A stretch of 24,000 nucleotides of DNA from Miniphocaeibacter halophilus (GCF_016458825.1 NZ_CP066744.1:841868-865867); one strand, 5' to 3'; counted from the stretch's first letter, positions 1 to 12,700 are shown. A program made the numbers and translations. The notes: generated from the sequence alone by a model not told the origin.

Positions 1-226
1 TAACCGTTGAATTATTAAGACCAAATATTAACATTAGGAAAGTGAACATAGCTAATGTTGGAACCGTTTGAATTATGTCAACAATTGTAAAAATTATTTG
101 GGATATGGTTTTATGTTCTCGTAAAAGAGATCCTATTGGAATACCTATTAAACATCCAAAAAAAATACCTGTAAAAACTATTCGCAAATGTACTAAAAGT
201 GCATTACCAATGTCTGAAAAATTCAT
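1..226 (-). CDS. ABC transporter permease, osmoprotectant (OpuC/OpuB-type) family; 3' end runs off the window
   Basis: The ATG at 226-224 forms an ATGA overlap with the stop (225-223) of the upstream permease. My translation is MNFSDIGNALLVHLRIVFTGIFFGCLIGIPIGSLLREHKTISQIIFTIVDIIQTVPTLAMFTFLMLIFGLNNSTV, which is hydrophobic and permease-like. It is absent from the ORF track because it is truncated by the window edge. Confidence 0.6.
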   Translation of the reverse strand, partial: MNFSDIGNALLVHLRIVFTGIFFGCLIGIPIGSLLREHKTISQIIFTIVDIIQTVPTLAMFTFLMLIFGLNNSTV

Positions 227-876
227 TTTCTATTCCTCCTTTTTCCATGGCTGAACTCTCTTGCACGTTTTTCAGCTAAAGTAAGAAGTAGATTGGCAAT
301 TAATGCTAATATAGTTGCCGGTAAAGCACCTGCAAAAATCATATTATAATTATAGGCTTGTAAACCTGACCAAATTAGATCTCCTAGTCCACCGGCCCCT
401 ATAAAAGCTGATAAAGTTGCCCAGCTTATTATATATATAATTGATATACGTATTCCTGTAATAATTGATGGTAAAGCCAAAGGAATTTGAATATTAATTA
501 ACATTTCATGGCGATTCATCCCCATTCCTCTAGCAGCCTTAATGTACTTAGGTTCTATTGTGTTTATTCCTGTATATGTATTTCTCATTATTGGCAGTAA
601 AGAATATAAAAACAATACTGCAACTGCCGGTACAAAACCTAAGCCTAATATAATCATGGCAAATCCTAATAAAACTAAACTTGGAATCGTATTGATTACA
701 TTAAAAATATTAAGAACGATATTAGCAATTTTTTTATTTCTTGTAAGCAGTATTCCTACCGGTAAAGCTACGGCTATTCCAAGGCTTAATGCTACAATGC
801 TTATTAGCAAATGCTGTCCTATGGCCTTTCCAATCATATTTTTATTAGCTATTATAAAAGATAGAAAGCTACTCAT
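223..876 (-). CDS. Glycine betaine/carnitine/choline-type ABC transporter permease (OpuCB-like)
   Basis: The product is a multi-pass hydrophobic protein with the ABC permease EAA-type loop AARGMGMNRHEMLINIQIPLALP. I prefer the ATG at 876 (MSSFLSF...), which sits 6 nt after AGGAGG (the reverse complement of 883-888). The track start at 900 has no RBS. The gene overlaps the ATPase stop by 8 nt. Confidence 0.85.
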   Translation of the reverse strand: MSSFLSFIIANKNMIGKAIGQHLLISIVALSLGIAVALPVGILLTRNKKIANIVLNIFNVINTIPSLVLLGFAMIILGLGFVPAVAVLFLYSLLPIMRNTYTGINTIEPKYIKAARGMGMNRHEMLINIQIPLALPSIITGIRISIIYIISWATLSAFIGAGGLGDLIWSGLQAYNYNMIFAGALPATILALIANLLLTLAEKRAREFSHGKRRNRK

Positions 877-1993
877 TACTATCCTCCTTCCAAACCACAT
901 GGGCTAATGACTTAACCATACTGGTTTTTGTTACTATTCCTAAAATATGACTTCCTTCGTCAACAACTGTTAATATATCAAGGTTTTGTTCATCAAATAA
1001 ATCAAAAGCTTTTTTAGCCGGTTCTTCCGGACCAATAGTCGGCATTTTATCGAGTTTCAAATCACTAACTTTTAACCCTGGTTGAACTTGTTTCATAATA
1101 TCTTCAATTCCTAAAAAACCTAGCAGTCTATTTTTATCATCTACGACTATTAATGTAGATACTCCTCTTTTTTCCATAAGGGAAATACTACGTTCCAATC
1201 CCATATTTACCGATACTTTAAAAACATTTTTACGCATAATGTCTTTTACTTTGTCTATTTGACTTTCATATATTCGATGCTTTCCTATAAATTGTTCAAC
1301 AAATTTATTTCTAGGATTAGATAACAGTTCATCCGGTGATGCAGATTGAACTATTTCTCCATCCTTAATAATTACTATAATATCTGCAATTTTTATAGCC
1401 TCATCCATATCATGAGTGACAAAAATTATAGTCTTTTTTAAATTCTTTTGAAGTTTTTTAATTTCATCTTGTAGGTTTTCTCTTATAATAGGATCCAATG
1501 CTCCAAAGGGTTCGTCCATTAAAATCAATGGTGGTTCTGCTGCTAATGCCCGTAAAACCCCTACTCTTTGTTGTTGTCCTCCTGACAAATCTGCCGGATA
1601 TCGATTTAAATAGGTATCTGGATCCATACCTACCATTTCTAATAATTCTATAGTTCGATTTTTCCTTTTTTCTGAAGGCCATCCTAATAGTTTAGGTACT
1701 ATTTCAATGTTTTGTTCTATTGTCATATGTGGAAACAATCCGATTTCTTGAATAACATACCCTATTTTTTTTCGTAGTTCTACTGGATTCATCGTTTGTA
1801 TATCCACGCCTTCCAGGTAAATTTTACCTGAAATCGGGTTAATTAATCTGTTAATCAATTGTAATATAGTAGTTTTCCCACAACCGGATGGGCCTACTAA
1901 AGTAACTAATTGGCCTTCCTCCACTTCAAAATTCAAATTTTTAATTACTACATTATCACCATAGGCCATAGTAACGTTTTCAAATTTTATCAA
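869..1993 (-). CDS. Osmoprotectant ABC transporter ATP-binding protein with C-terminal tandem CBS domains (OpuCA-like)
   Basis: Motifs present are Walker A GPSGCGKTT, ABC signature LSGGQQQRV and Walker B LILMDEPFGALD. The roughly 120-aa C-terminal extension is typical of the CBS pair in OpuCA/OpuAA/ProV-type ATPases. The gene is followed by two permease genes. Confidence 0.88.
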   Translation of the reverse strand: MIKFENVTMAYGDNVVIKNLNFEVEEGQLVTLVGPSGCGKTTILQLINRLINPISGKIYLEGVDIQTMNPVELRKKIGYVIQEIGLFPHMTIEQNIEIVPKLLGWPSEKRKNRTIELLEMVGMDPDTYLNRYPADLSGGQQQRVGVLRALAAEPPLILMDEPFGALDPIIRENLQDEIKKLQKNLKKTIIFVTHDMDEAIKIADIIVIIKDGEIVQSASPDELLSNPRNKFVEQFIGKHRIYESQIDKVKDIMRKNVFKVSVNMGLERSISLMEKRGVSTLIVVDDKNRLLGFLGIEDIMKQVQPGLKVSDLKLDKMPTIGPEEPAKKAFDLFDEQNLDILTVVDEGSHILGIVTKTSMVKSLAHVVWKEDSNE

Positions 1994-2348
1994 TTATTTC
2001 ACCTCTACTTTTAATTAATTTATAGGACTAATATATTTGTAATTTTATAATATACTAGTCTAACACTTGTATTAAGTATAACAAATAACTGTTTTTACAC
2101 TCAACTAAATCTTTAAATTTACATGTTTTTAATATGAAAATATAAAAAAATATATATATTTATTCCTCTAATAAAATCAAATTTAATATTATTATTTTTA
2201 ACTATTACATCTAATACTTACTCAATCAAAGAAAATATTTCTTTAGGTAAAATTCAATTTTTCAAACGCTAACAGTTTTTAAATGTTTATATTTTGTCCC
2301 CTTGTATAATTGGGTATATAAAATATATAAGGGTACAAGGAGTTTACA

Positions 2349-3734
2349 ATGATTAGAATATCTCGTTTAGCTAAAATTGTAGTTAATGAATTAACTGAAA
2401 ACGGCTTTAAGGCTTATCCTGTTGGCGGATGCATAAGGGATTCCCTTCTTGGTAAAATACCTCATGACTGGGATATTACAACCAACGCTAGGCCGGATGA
2501 GATACTTGAAGTTTTTAAAAATTATAAAACTTTAGATATTGGTAGAAAATTTGGAACTATTTCTGTTGAAGTAGACGACCATTTTGTAGAAGTTACAACT
2601 ATGAGAAAAGAATCGGACTATGCCGATGGTCGTCATCCAAGTTCTGTCATATTTTTTGACGATATTTATGAGGATTTAAATCGTAGGGATTTAACTATTA
2701 ATGCAATGGCCTACGATATTTATTCCAAAACTTTAATTGATCCTTTTCGCGGACAATTAGACTTAAAGAAAAAAATAATTAGAACTGTTGGCGAACCTGA
2801 AGTTCGATTTAGTGAAGATGCTTTAAGAATTTTAAGGGCAATTCGCTTTTCAGCACAACTTGATTTTAGAATAGATTACAAAACCTTATATAATATAGCA
2901 AAATATTCCTATCTTTTAAAAAACGTAGCTACTGAAAGAATTAAGGTAGAACTTGATAAAATTTTAATGGCAGATAATTATCCGGCTTTACGAAATTTAT
3001 ATAATACCGGAATATTTAAAGTCCTGTTTCCTCCTATAGACAAAATGTTTAAAACTACACAAAACAGCACCTATCATGTCTACAATGTTGGTGACCACGC
3101 TCTTATGTCCGTCTTAAATATCTCTGGAGATATAGATTTAAAATATACTATGTTATTACACGATATTGGTAAGATTGTTACTAAGACTACCGTTAATGGA
3201 CATGACCATTTCTATGACCATGCCCAATATTCTGTTGCTATTGCAAATAAAATTTTAAAAAAATTAAAATTTCCAACAAAAAGTATTAATCGAATTTTAA
3301 AATTAATAGAATGTCATGACACTATTCTCTCTACTAGATTTAGAAGTATGAATAAGTTTATAGTCGATAAAGAATTCTCCTATGAGGACATGGAAGATTT
3401 AATAAAAGTCCAACTAGCTGATAATTTAGCACAAAACCCTATGAGATTAGGCTCTTTCTATATATTTGATGAAATATTAGAAAAATATAAAGAAGTTTTT
3501 AATGGTCCTCATAAAATTAAAGATTTAGCCGTTAACGGAAATCATATGAAAATGCTAGGTTATGAAGGAGAAAGTATAAAAAAAGTACTATCTTATCTAT
3601 TAAAGCAGGTTATTGCAAACAATGAATTAAATAATGAAGAAAAATTAATGATTATTGCATCAAAATCATATAAACAATTTCAAAAACAAGAAAATATACA
3701 AGAAAGAAAAAAACAAGAAAGTAATCCTGTTTAA
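2349..3734 (+). CDS. cca: CCA-adding tRNA nucleotidyltransferase with HD domain
   Basis: The N-terminal polymerase-beta head motif GGCIRDSLLGKIPHDWDITT is present, followed by RRDLTINAM and an HD motif LLHDIGK. An AAGGAG RBS at 2337-2342 lies 6 nt before the ATG. Confidence 0.85.
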   Translation: MIRISRLAKIVVNELTENGFKAYPVGGCIRDSLLGKIPHDWDITTNARPDEILEVFKNYKTLDIGRKFGTISVEVDDHFVEVTTMRKESDYADGRHPSSVIFFDDIYEDLNRRDLTINAMAYDIYSKTLIDPFRGQLDLKKKIIRTVGEPEVRFSEDALRILRAIRFSAQLDFRIDYKTLYNIAKYSYLLKNVATERIKVELDKILMADNYPALRNLYNTGIFKVLFPPIDKMFKTTQNSTYHVYNVGDHALMSVLNISGDIDLKYTMLLHDIGKIVTKTTVNGHDHFYDHAQYSVAIANKILKKLKFPTKSINRILKLIECHDTILSTRFRSMNKFIVDKEFSYEDMEDLIKVQLADNLAQNPMRLGSFYIFDEILEKYKEVFNGPHKIKDLAVNGNHMKMLGYEGESIKKVLSYLLKQVIANNELNNEEKLMIIASKSYKQFQKQENIQERKKQESNPV

Positions 3735-3819
3735 AAAAATATATTTTAACAATCCTTAATATACTTGAATTTAAAGAGTAAAATTAAAATATTTTTGTTT
3801 TAATTTATAATAGGTTTTA

Positions 3820-3848
3820 TTGACAATTATTTTTTTCTGTGCTATTGT
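3820..3848 (+). promoter_or_regulatory. Putative sigma-A promoter of the bgl operon
   Basis: TTGACA (3820-3825), then a 17-nt spacer ending in TGC (extended -10 TGn), then TATTGT (3843-3848). It lies about 20 nt upstream of the RAT element. Confidence 0.5.
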
Positions 3849-3867
3849 TTAATTAAGTTAATATTAA

Positions 3868-3895
3868 GGATAGTTATTGCGTAGCAAGCTAAACC
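3868..3895 (+). promoter_or_regulatory. RAT (ribonucleic antiterminator) target of the BglG/LicT-family antiterminator
   Basis: GGATAGTTATTGCGTAGCAAGCTAAACC closely follows the RAT pattern as I recall it (GGATTGTTACTGC...GCAGGCAAAACC). Its 3' end overlaps the 5' arm of the downstream terminator, which is the classic mutually exclusive arrangement. Confidence 0.8.
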
Positions 3896-3937
3896 TATTT
3901 ACAGGAGTATTTCGTAGTCCTGTGGATAGGTTTTTTT
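3894..3937 (+). terminator. Rho-independent attenuator terminator in the bgl leader
   Basis: A 13-bp stem pairs CCTATTTACAGGA (3894-3906) with TCCTGTGGATAGG (3918-3930), including two G-U pairs. It is followed by T7 (3931-3937) and sits just before the licT RBS. Confidence 0.8.
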
Positions 3938-3956
3938 GTTTTTAGGAGTGCACACC

Positions 3957-4790
3957 ATGAGAATAAGTAAAATTTTAAACAATAACGCCGTTATTTCAAA
4001 AGATAAAAACAACAATGAAATAGTTGTTATGGGAAAAGGGTTAGCCTTTAAAAAAAGAGTAGATGATTTTCTTGATGACAATCAAATAGAAAAAACTTAT
4101 ATTTTTTCACCGGAAAATACAAAGGAAATTATAAAACTATTTTCCAGTATACCCGATGTTTATATTGAAATAACATCAAATATCATAAGTTTAGCAGAAA
4201 CAACTTTAAATAAAAACTTAAGTAAAAATTTATATATTTCTTTAACAGATCATATTTATAGTGCTGTTTCCCGCTTTGAAGAAGGAATTTCTTTTACAAA
4301 CCCCCTTCTTTGGGATATAAAAAGATTTTATATAAATGAATATGAAGTAGCTTTAGAAGCTTTAAATATAATTAATGAAAAAATAAACATAGAACTTCCT
4401 GAAGATGAAGCCGGTTTTATTGCATTACATATTGTAAATTCACAACTTGAGCAAAATGAAAATGCTGTATATGAAATAACTAATATTATGCAGGAAATTC
4501 TAAAGATAGTAAGGCTTCATTTTGGAATAGATTTTGATGAAGATTCTATAAATTATTATAGGTTTATAACTCATTTAAAATTTTTTGCTCAGAGAATTTT
4601 AAATAAAAATGCTTATGAGGATGATAAGGTCGACGATTTATATCTTATTATAAAAAACAATTATCCGGAATCTTACAGCGCTGTTGAAAAAATTAGGGAA
4701 TTTATTAAGAGTAAATATAAATATACTCTCAATAATGAAGAAGAGTTGTATTTAACTATTCATATTGAAAAAGTAGTAAATAAAAAATAG
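3957..4790 (+). CDS. licT: BglG/LicT-family PRD-containing transcription antiterminator
   Basis: The product begins MRISKILNNNAVISKDKNNNEIVVMGKGLAFKK, a CAT RNA-binding domain signature, followed by two PRD-like halves. I prefer the ATG at 3957, 6 nt after AGGAGTG. The track start at 3936 lies inside the terminator T-run. Confidence 0.88.
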   Translation: MRISKILNNNAVISKDKNNNEIVVMGKGLAFKKRVDDFLDDNQIEKTYIFSPENTKEIIKLFSSIPDVYIEITSNIISLAETTLNKNLSKNLYISLTDHIYSAVSRFEEGISFTNPLLWDIKRFYINEYEVALEALNIINEKINIELPEDEAGFIALHIVNSQLEQNENAVYEITNIMQEILKIVRLHFGIDFDEDSINYYRFITHLKFFAQRILNKNAYEDDKVDDLYLIIKNNYPESYSAVEKIREFIKSKYKYTLNNEEELYLTIHIEKVVNKK

Positions 4791-4799
4791 GAGGAAGAT

Positions 4800-8158
<3,359 letters not shown>

Positions 8159-8196
8159 TCCAATTAACCTGCCCTTCAATAATAAATAAGATAGAT

Positions 8197-8243
8197 AAAA
8201 TAGCTGTTGGAAGCCACAAGTTTGGTTTTCCAACAGCTATTTT
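8197..8243. terminator. Bidirectional rho-independent terminator between convergent bglA and the deglycase gene
   Basis: A perfect 16-bp stem pairs AAAATAGCTGTTGGAA (8197-8212) with TTCCAACAGCTATTTT (8228-8243). A/T runs flank it on both sides. Confidence 0.8.
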
Positions 8244-8281
8244 ACTATTATTTGATCTCTTAATTTATATCCTTTAGTCTA

Positions 8282-9302
8282 TTAATAATCAAATTGACGA
8301 TAATATCTTCTATAGTCTAAATTATGATGGGAATATTTTTCATAATAAACTGCTAAACGGTCCACTAACATAGTGGAAACCATAAGTGGTGAAATCATCC
8401 ATCTGTATTTTTCATCAATTCCGGTTAAAGCGTATTCATCAGGGTCGATTACTACAAACTTTCCAGCTCTTTCCTTACAGAAATTTTCAACTCTTTCATC
8501 TAATACCCTAGTCTTGCCACTTCCCTTTATAAGAAATACGGTACTGGTTTCATCTACTAGCTCAAGAGTTCCATGGAAGAATTCACTGGATCTTACGCTT
8601 TTAGTTTTAAACCATTGCATCTCCTCTAGGATACACATTGAAAATAAATAGGTTTCACCCCACATTTCATTTCCACCTATCCAAATCATGTAATCACTAT
8701 CGTAAGTATTCTTCGCTATTTTATCAGCTTTTTCTTCAAAGGCTTCTTTTAATTTAATAAAATTATCCGGCAATATTTTTAGCTGATTAGCAAATTCTTC
8801 ATAGTCTTCAAAGTCACCATTCAAATATAAAAGTTTAAAGAAAAACCAATACAGTAAAATATATTCAAATTCTACTCCCTTTTTGTGTCTCATGGGAATA
8901 TAGTATTTAGAATTTTTGTGCTAGAAGTGTTTTTTCATCTCTTGTAAAGCTAACTACTCTAATGTTCTTTTTTGAGCAATATTTAGATATTTCCACAGTT
9001 TCCTTTGTATCCCCTGATTTTGACATGGTAATAACTAATGATTCTTTCGTCAAATTTTTATTTCCCCTATATAATAATTCATTAGCTTGTTCTATAAAAA
9101 TTGGCATTGTAGTAAATTGTTTTGCCATGTCTGCTATAGCCATCATAGGAGCCAAACTTCCTCCTACTGCTACAAAAAATATATTCTCAAACCCTTCTTT
9201 ATATATTTCTTCCGCTTTTTTTTCTGCAATTGATTGAGAATCAATAATTAATTTTGCTCCATCTAAATACTCTTCCTTATTAAATTTAAGTAATTCTTTC
9301 AT
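8282..9302 (-). pseudogene. FrlB/GfrF-like fructoselysine-6-phosphate deglycase (double SIS domain), split by a +1 frameshift
   Basis: The N-fragment is 9302-8907 (MKELLKF...VAVGGSLAP...TMSKSGDTKET...SFTRDEKTLLAQKF*). The C-fragment is 8893-8282 (...CILEEMQWFKTKSVRSSEFFHGTLELVDE...HNLDYRRYYRQFDY). Together they give about 340 aa with two SIS domains and a FrlB-like C-terminus. The frames differ by one base. Removing one A from the A5 run (T5 at 8913-8917 on the plus strand) gives a continuous ...LLAQNSKYYIPMRHKKGVEF... The N-fragment start at 9302 has an AAGGAGAT RBS; the track start at 9350 overlaps the IID gene. Confidence 0.75.
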
Positions 9303-9318
9303 TGTTATCTCCTTAATA

Positions 9319-10167
9319 TTAACTAACAAAAATTCCAAAATATGCCCCAACTATTCCTATTATTACTGTACAAACTATTAACACCATCGGACTAACTCTC
9401 TTTTTAAGTAGCCAATAGTATAACCAAGTTACTCCCAAGGCAACTATTCCCGGCATTATTCCATCTAATAGTTCCTGTAATGTTTGAACACTTTCCCCTG
9501 ATCCTATTTCAAGTCCTAATGTTGTATATACCATTCCTGAAGACATGGCACCAATAACTATCATTGAAAGTACTCCGGCAGCTTCCATTAATTTATTCAT
9601 TAAACCGGATTTCTGAATTTTATCCAAGTATGAAAAACCCAGTTCATATCCCTTTTGAGCACCAAATATTCTTAGTCCAAAAGCAGGTATATTATAAATT
9701 AACCAATACAGAATTGGTCCTAGGATATTTCCATCTAAGGCAAAGGATAAGCCTATTCCTAAAGCAATTATTCTTATACATCCTAGGAATATTGAGTCTC
9801 CAATTCCTGATAAAGGTCCCATTAAAGCTGTTTTAATATTAGAAACAGATTCCGGTTCCATTTCTTTTTTTGCTATTGCCTCTTCCATAGAAACTGCTAT
9901 ACCTCCAACAAAAGGAGCTAGTTGAGGTGTAATATTAAAGAATTCTACATGTCTTGTTAAAGCTAGTCTATACCCTACCGGATCATTCTTATATATCTTT
10001 TCTAAATAGGGATCTATCATCATGCAGAAAGCTAAATGCATCTGTCTTTCATAATTCCATGAAAACTCCATGCCTAAAGCCCCTTCATTTAAGGCCATTT
10101 TAGTCATATCTTTTTTAGTAAACAAAGCCTTTTTCCCGTTCTTATCTATATAGTTATTAGAAGTCAT
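9319..10167 (-). CDS. PTS mannose/fructose/sorbose-family EIID component
   Basis: The product carries a FSWNYERQMHLAF motif (the NYERMQ-type signature of ManZ-like IID) and a polytopic C-terminal half. The start is ambiguous between ATGs at 10173, 10170 and 10167 just after GGAGGTG. I chose 10167 for its 6-nt spacer. The track start is 10191. Confidence 0.85.
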   Translation of the reverse strand: MTSNNYIDKNGKKALFTKKDMTKMALNEGALGMEFSWNYERQMHLAFCMMIDPYLEKIYKNDPVGYRLALTRHVEFFNITPQLAPFVGGIAVSMEEAIAKKEMEPESVSNIKTALMGPLSGIGDSIFLGCIRIIALGIGLSFALDGNILGPILYWLIYNIPAFGLRIFGAQKGYELGFSYLDKIQKSGLMNKLMEAAGVLSMIVIGAMSSGMVYTTLGLEIGSGESVQTLQELLDGIMPGIVALGVTWLYYWLLKKRVSPMVLIVCTVIIGIVGAYFGIFVS

Positions 10168-10942
10168 CATCATCACCTCCATCAAAGTCATCTACACCTT
10201 CAGTTGCAACAGTAGACTCCGGTTGTTTCTTTAAAAATCCATAATTTACTAAAATATAGCTTACTCCTATAATTGCCACTCCAAAGATTGGCATTTCTAG
10301 ATATGCTGCCAACACAAAGCCTATAAAATAAAATGGAATAATTTCCTTTTTCAAAACCATTGTCATAAGCATTGCAAAACCCATTGCAGGAAGTATTCCT
10401 GCTGCAGCTCCTAAACCTGTAATAATAAATTCCGGTATACCATCAAGAACACCTTGCATAATATCTACTCCAAGCCAAAAAGCTAAAAATGTTAATAAAA
10501 ATCTTCTACAAATTTTTATTATTCCTATTAATCTGTGATCCCAAAATATAGCTTTGCTATTCCCTTTCTCTGCACCTCTATCAGCTATCCTCAATGATAA
10601 TACATTAACTATGTCCAATAAATTACCTATACTTAATGATAATAAAGCTATAGGCATAGCAAGGGCTAAAGCCACTTCCACACCTTCTCCTAATTGAATG
10701 GCGAAAGCTGTTGCTAATACTCCACCTACTATTACATCTGGTGGAATATATGCTCCAACCGAAATCGCCCCCATGAAAAGCATTTCCAAATTTGCACCAA
10801 TTATAATTTCCGTTTTAAAATCCCCTAAAATTAATCCTACCAAAGGTCCTAAAGTAATAGGTCTAAATAAATATGATGTTCCTAATTGATAATCGAATGC
10901 GCCTAAAGCCGCTACTAAACCAACAAGAATTGCTTTTAACAT
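10157..10942 (-). CDS. PTS mannose/fructose/sorbose-family EIIC component
   Basis: The 261-aa product is a glycine-rich polytopic membrane protein positioned between the IIB and IID genes, with the size and composition typical of ManY-like IIC. It has an acidic tail GGDDDDF. Confidence 0.85.
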   Translation of the reverse strand: MLKAILVGLVAALGAFDYQLGTSYLFRPITLGPLVGLILGDFKTEIIIGANLEMLFMGAISVGAYIPPDVIVGGVLATAFAIQLGEGVEVALALAMPIALLSLSIGNLLDIVNVLSLRIADRGAEKGNSKAIFWDHRLIGIIKICRRFLLTFLAFWLGVDIMQGVLDGIPEFIITGLGAAAGILPAMGFAMLMTMVLKKEIIPFYFIGFVLAAYLEMPIFGVAIIGVSYILVNYGFLKKQPESTVATEGVDDFDGGDDDDF

Positions 10943-10958
10943 ATTTCACCTCTTTCTT

Positions 10959-11429
10959 TTATATTAAATTTGCTACATTTTTTTTACTGTCATCGGCTAA
11001 CTGTCTCATTTCAACTTCATAACCATCTTTAATAAGTTTTCTTATTATTCTCTTGTCCTCCTCAGTTAAATAAACACTTTTTCCTATTTGTTCAGAACCC
11101 TCTACATGCTTCACCCCTCCTAAATTTATACTTTTAATTACAGGACAATTTCTAGCAATTTTCTCTGCATCTTCAATAGTTTGAACCACTATTAGTAATT
11201 TATATTTATCGGTTTTCCCTTGATTTATTGAATCTATAGAATCTTGTATTCCCTTAATAACAAGTTTAACTCCTGCCGGCTTTCCTAATCTTAAGGTAGT
11301 TTTCCATATTTCATCTTTTACTACCTTGTCACTGGCTACTAATATACAATCTGCTCCTATAGAGTTAGTCCATGAAAAAGCCACCTGTCCATGAAGTAAG
11401 CGGTGGTCTACCCTTAATAACTTAATCAT
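10959..11429 (-). CDS. PTS mannose/sorbose-family EIIB component
   Basis: The N-terminus MIKLLRVDHRLLHGQV matches the phospho-histidine motif (RIDDRLIHGQV type) of the sorbose-family EIIB. The product is 156 aa. Confidence 0.88.
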   Translation of the reverse strand: MIKLLRVDHRLLHGQVAFSWTNSIGADCILVASDKVVKDEIWKTTLRLGKPAGVKLVIKGIQDSIDSINQGKTDKYKLLIVVQTIEDAEKIARNCPVIKSINLGGVKHVEGSEQIGKSVYLTEEDKRIIRKLIKDGYEVEMRQLADDSKKNVANLI

Positions 11430-11438
11430 AATTGCCTC

Positions 11439-11846
11439 CTAAAAATCCTCTTCCTCTTGTTTTGAAATATCATTACATAGACAGAAGTCCTTGTTTCCAA
11501 TATCCAATATATAAGCCCTTAGTGATTCCCAAGGTTCTTCTTTATTACTAAAAGCCTCAAGTAATACAGGCAAAGAACTTCCTGTAAATATATAGATATT
11601 GGAACGATTAATATATTTCATAAATATATTGTTAACACTTCCTCCTAACATATCCGTAAAGCATATTAATTCCGTGCCTTCTGCTACATTGTCAAATATT
11701 TTTTCTACATCTTCTTCCACATTCTGCTTAGGGTCAATATAGCAATCTAGAACTAAAACATCATCCTGTTTCCCTATAATTAATTCTATAGCACTCATTA
11801 AACCACTTGAAAATCTACCATGACCTGCAATGACGAATTTCCTCAT
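11439..11846 (-). CDS. PTS mannose-family EIIA component
   Basis: The N-terminus MRKFVIAGHGRFSSGL contains the active-site His loop, and DMLGGSVNN resembles the EIIA-Man DLxGGSPxN motif. The start forms an ATGA overlap with the upstream epimerase stop (11843-11846). Confidence 0.85.
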   Translation of the reverse strand: MRKFVIAGHGRFSSGLMSAIELIIGKQDDVLVLDCYIDPKQNVEEDVEKIFDNVAEGTELICFTDMLGGSVNNIFMKYINRSNIYIFTGSSLPVLLEAFSNKEEPWESLRAYILDIGNKDFCLCNDISKQEEEDF

Positions 11847-12700
11847 ATTTTCTTCCTCACTATGCTGTTTACTTTTTCTATATTTTCTATAAATTTACTA
11901 TATGATTGCTTATCTGCGAGAAATGGTTTTTTATGATATCTACTACTTGCAATTTCCATACTTAAATACCCTTCATATCCATACTTTTTAAATACCATTA
12001 AATCCTCTAACATATCCCTGCTTCCATCTCCCCAAGCTAAATGGGTATCTTCTCCAACATCTACAAAATGGCAATGTTTTATTTTTTCACCAAAAATATT
12101 AAAATATTCATCTATTGAATCCCCTGCAATAGATGCAGCTCCTAAATCTATACAAATATTCAAGTAATCTGAATTTACCTCATTTAAATATCTATACAGA
12201 TCCTTTATGTTATTAACTAAGTTAGATTCTGTTAGCTGTAATGCCTCTATGCACAACTGAACATTCCTTTTTTCAGCATAGGAACATATCCTTTTCATCA
12301 TATCTATACTATAATTCCAACTTTTTTCCCTGGAGATGTCTAAAAAGCCCCATCCTGATGTTACCACTACCTTTCCGGCTCCTGTAATACTGGCAATATC
12401 CACTATATTTCTAAAGTAATCTTGTGTTCTCCTTCTTTGATTTTCATCTATAGCTGCCATATTATTTGGTTTTGGATTGGTTTGTTCCGGACAAATACAG
12501 GCTATTTTAACATTGTACTTCTTGGAATACCCTATTATTTTTTCCAAACTATCATAATTCAAATAATCAACATAGAGATGTTGGGGAGCAGTCCACATTT
12601 CTATGTTCTCTATGCCAAGACCATTAGCCGTTTTAAAAACCTCTTCTATTGAATAAAACTGATAATGATGGTTCATTATACAAAGCTGTTTTTTCTTCAT
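11843..12700 (-). CDS. Xylose-isomerase-like TIM-barrel sugar(-phosphate) isomerase/epimerase, FrlC-like
   Basis: The 285-aa product has an AP-endonuclease-2/xylose-isomerase-like pattern: IEMW...H, CIEAL (metal-binding Glu), KHCHFVD and GYEGYLSMEI. The call is supported by context with a FrlB-like deglycase. The start forms an ATGA overlap with the regulator stop (12697-12700), with GAGGAGGAG just upstream. Confidence 0.7.
   Translation of the reverse strand: MKKKQLCIMNHHYQFYSIEEVFKTANGLGIENIEMWTAPQHLYVDYLNYDSLEKIIGYSKKYNVKIACICPEQTNPKPNNMAAIDENQRRRTQDYFRNIVDIASITGAGKVVVTSGWGFLDISREKSWNYSIDMMKRICSYAEKRNVQLCIEALQLTESNLVNNIKDLYRYLNEVNSDYLNICIDLGAASIAGDSIDEYFNIFGEKIKHCHFVDVGEDTHLAWGDGSRDMLEDLMVFKKYGYEGYLSMEIASSRYHKKPFLADKQSYSKFIENIEKVNSIVRKKI

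Noticed and set aside
542-907. Antisense or shadow ORFs in the track. These are 542-907, 1464-1682, 3899-4081, 7380-7571, 8373-8651, 8962-9237, 9564-9836, 10698-10889, 12422-12652, 13247-13549, 13455-13664, 15580-15804, 17329-17574, 18941-19165, 20510-20725, 20863-21084 and 22920-23135.
   Set aside because: Each is embedded opposite to, or out of frame within, a longer ORF with clear family motifs. They have no RBS and low-complexity, AT-driven composition. They are typical spurious ORFs in low-GC DNA.
1994-2348. 355-nt AT-rich divergent region between the opu operon and cca, as a possible riboswitch or ncRNA
   Set aside because: I could not find a conserved riboswitch core or a stable GC-containing structure. 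There is only a short 7-bp inverted repeat (CCTTGTA/TACAAGG) near the cca RBS and a TATAAT at 2305-2310. The evidence is insufficient to call anything beyond promoters.
3936-3956. Upstream-extended starts proposed by the track (licT at 3936, permease at 900, IID at 10191, SIS N-fragment at 9350, GntR at 17836, membrane protein at 21038)
   Set aside because: The extensions lack an RBS, overlap terminators or upstream genes, or use GTG/TTG. Internal ATGs with properly spaced Shine-Dalgarno sequences fit better.
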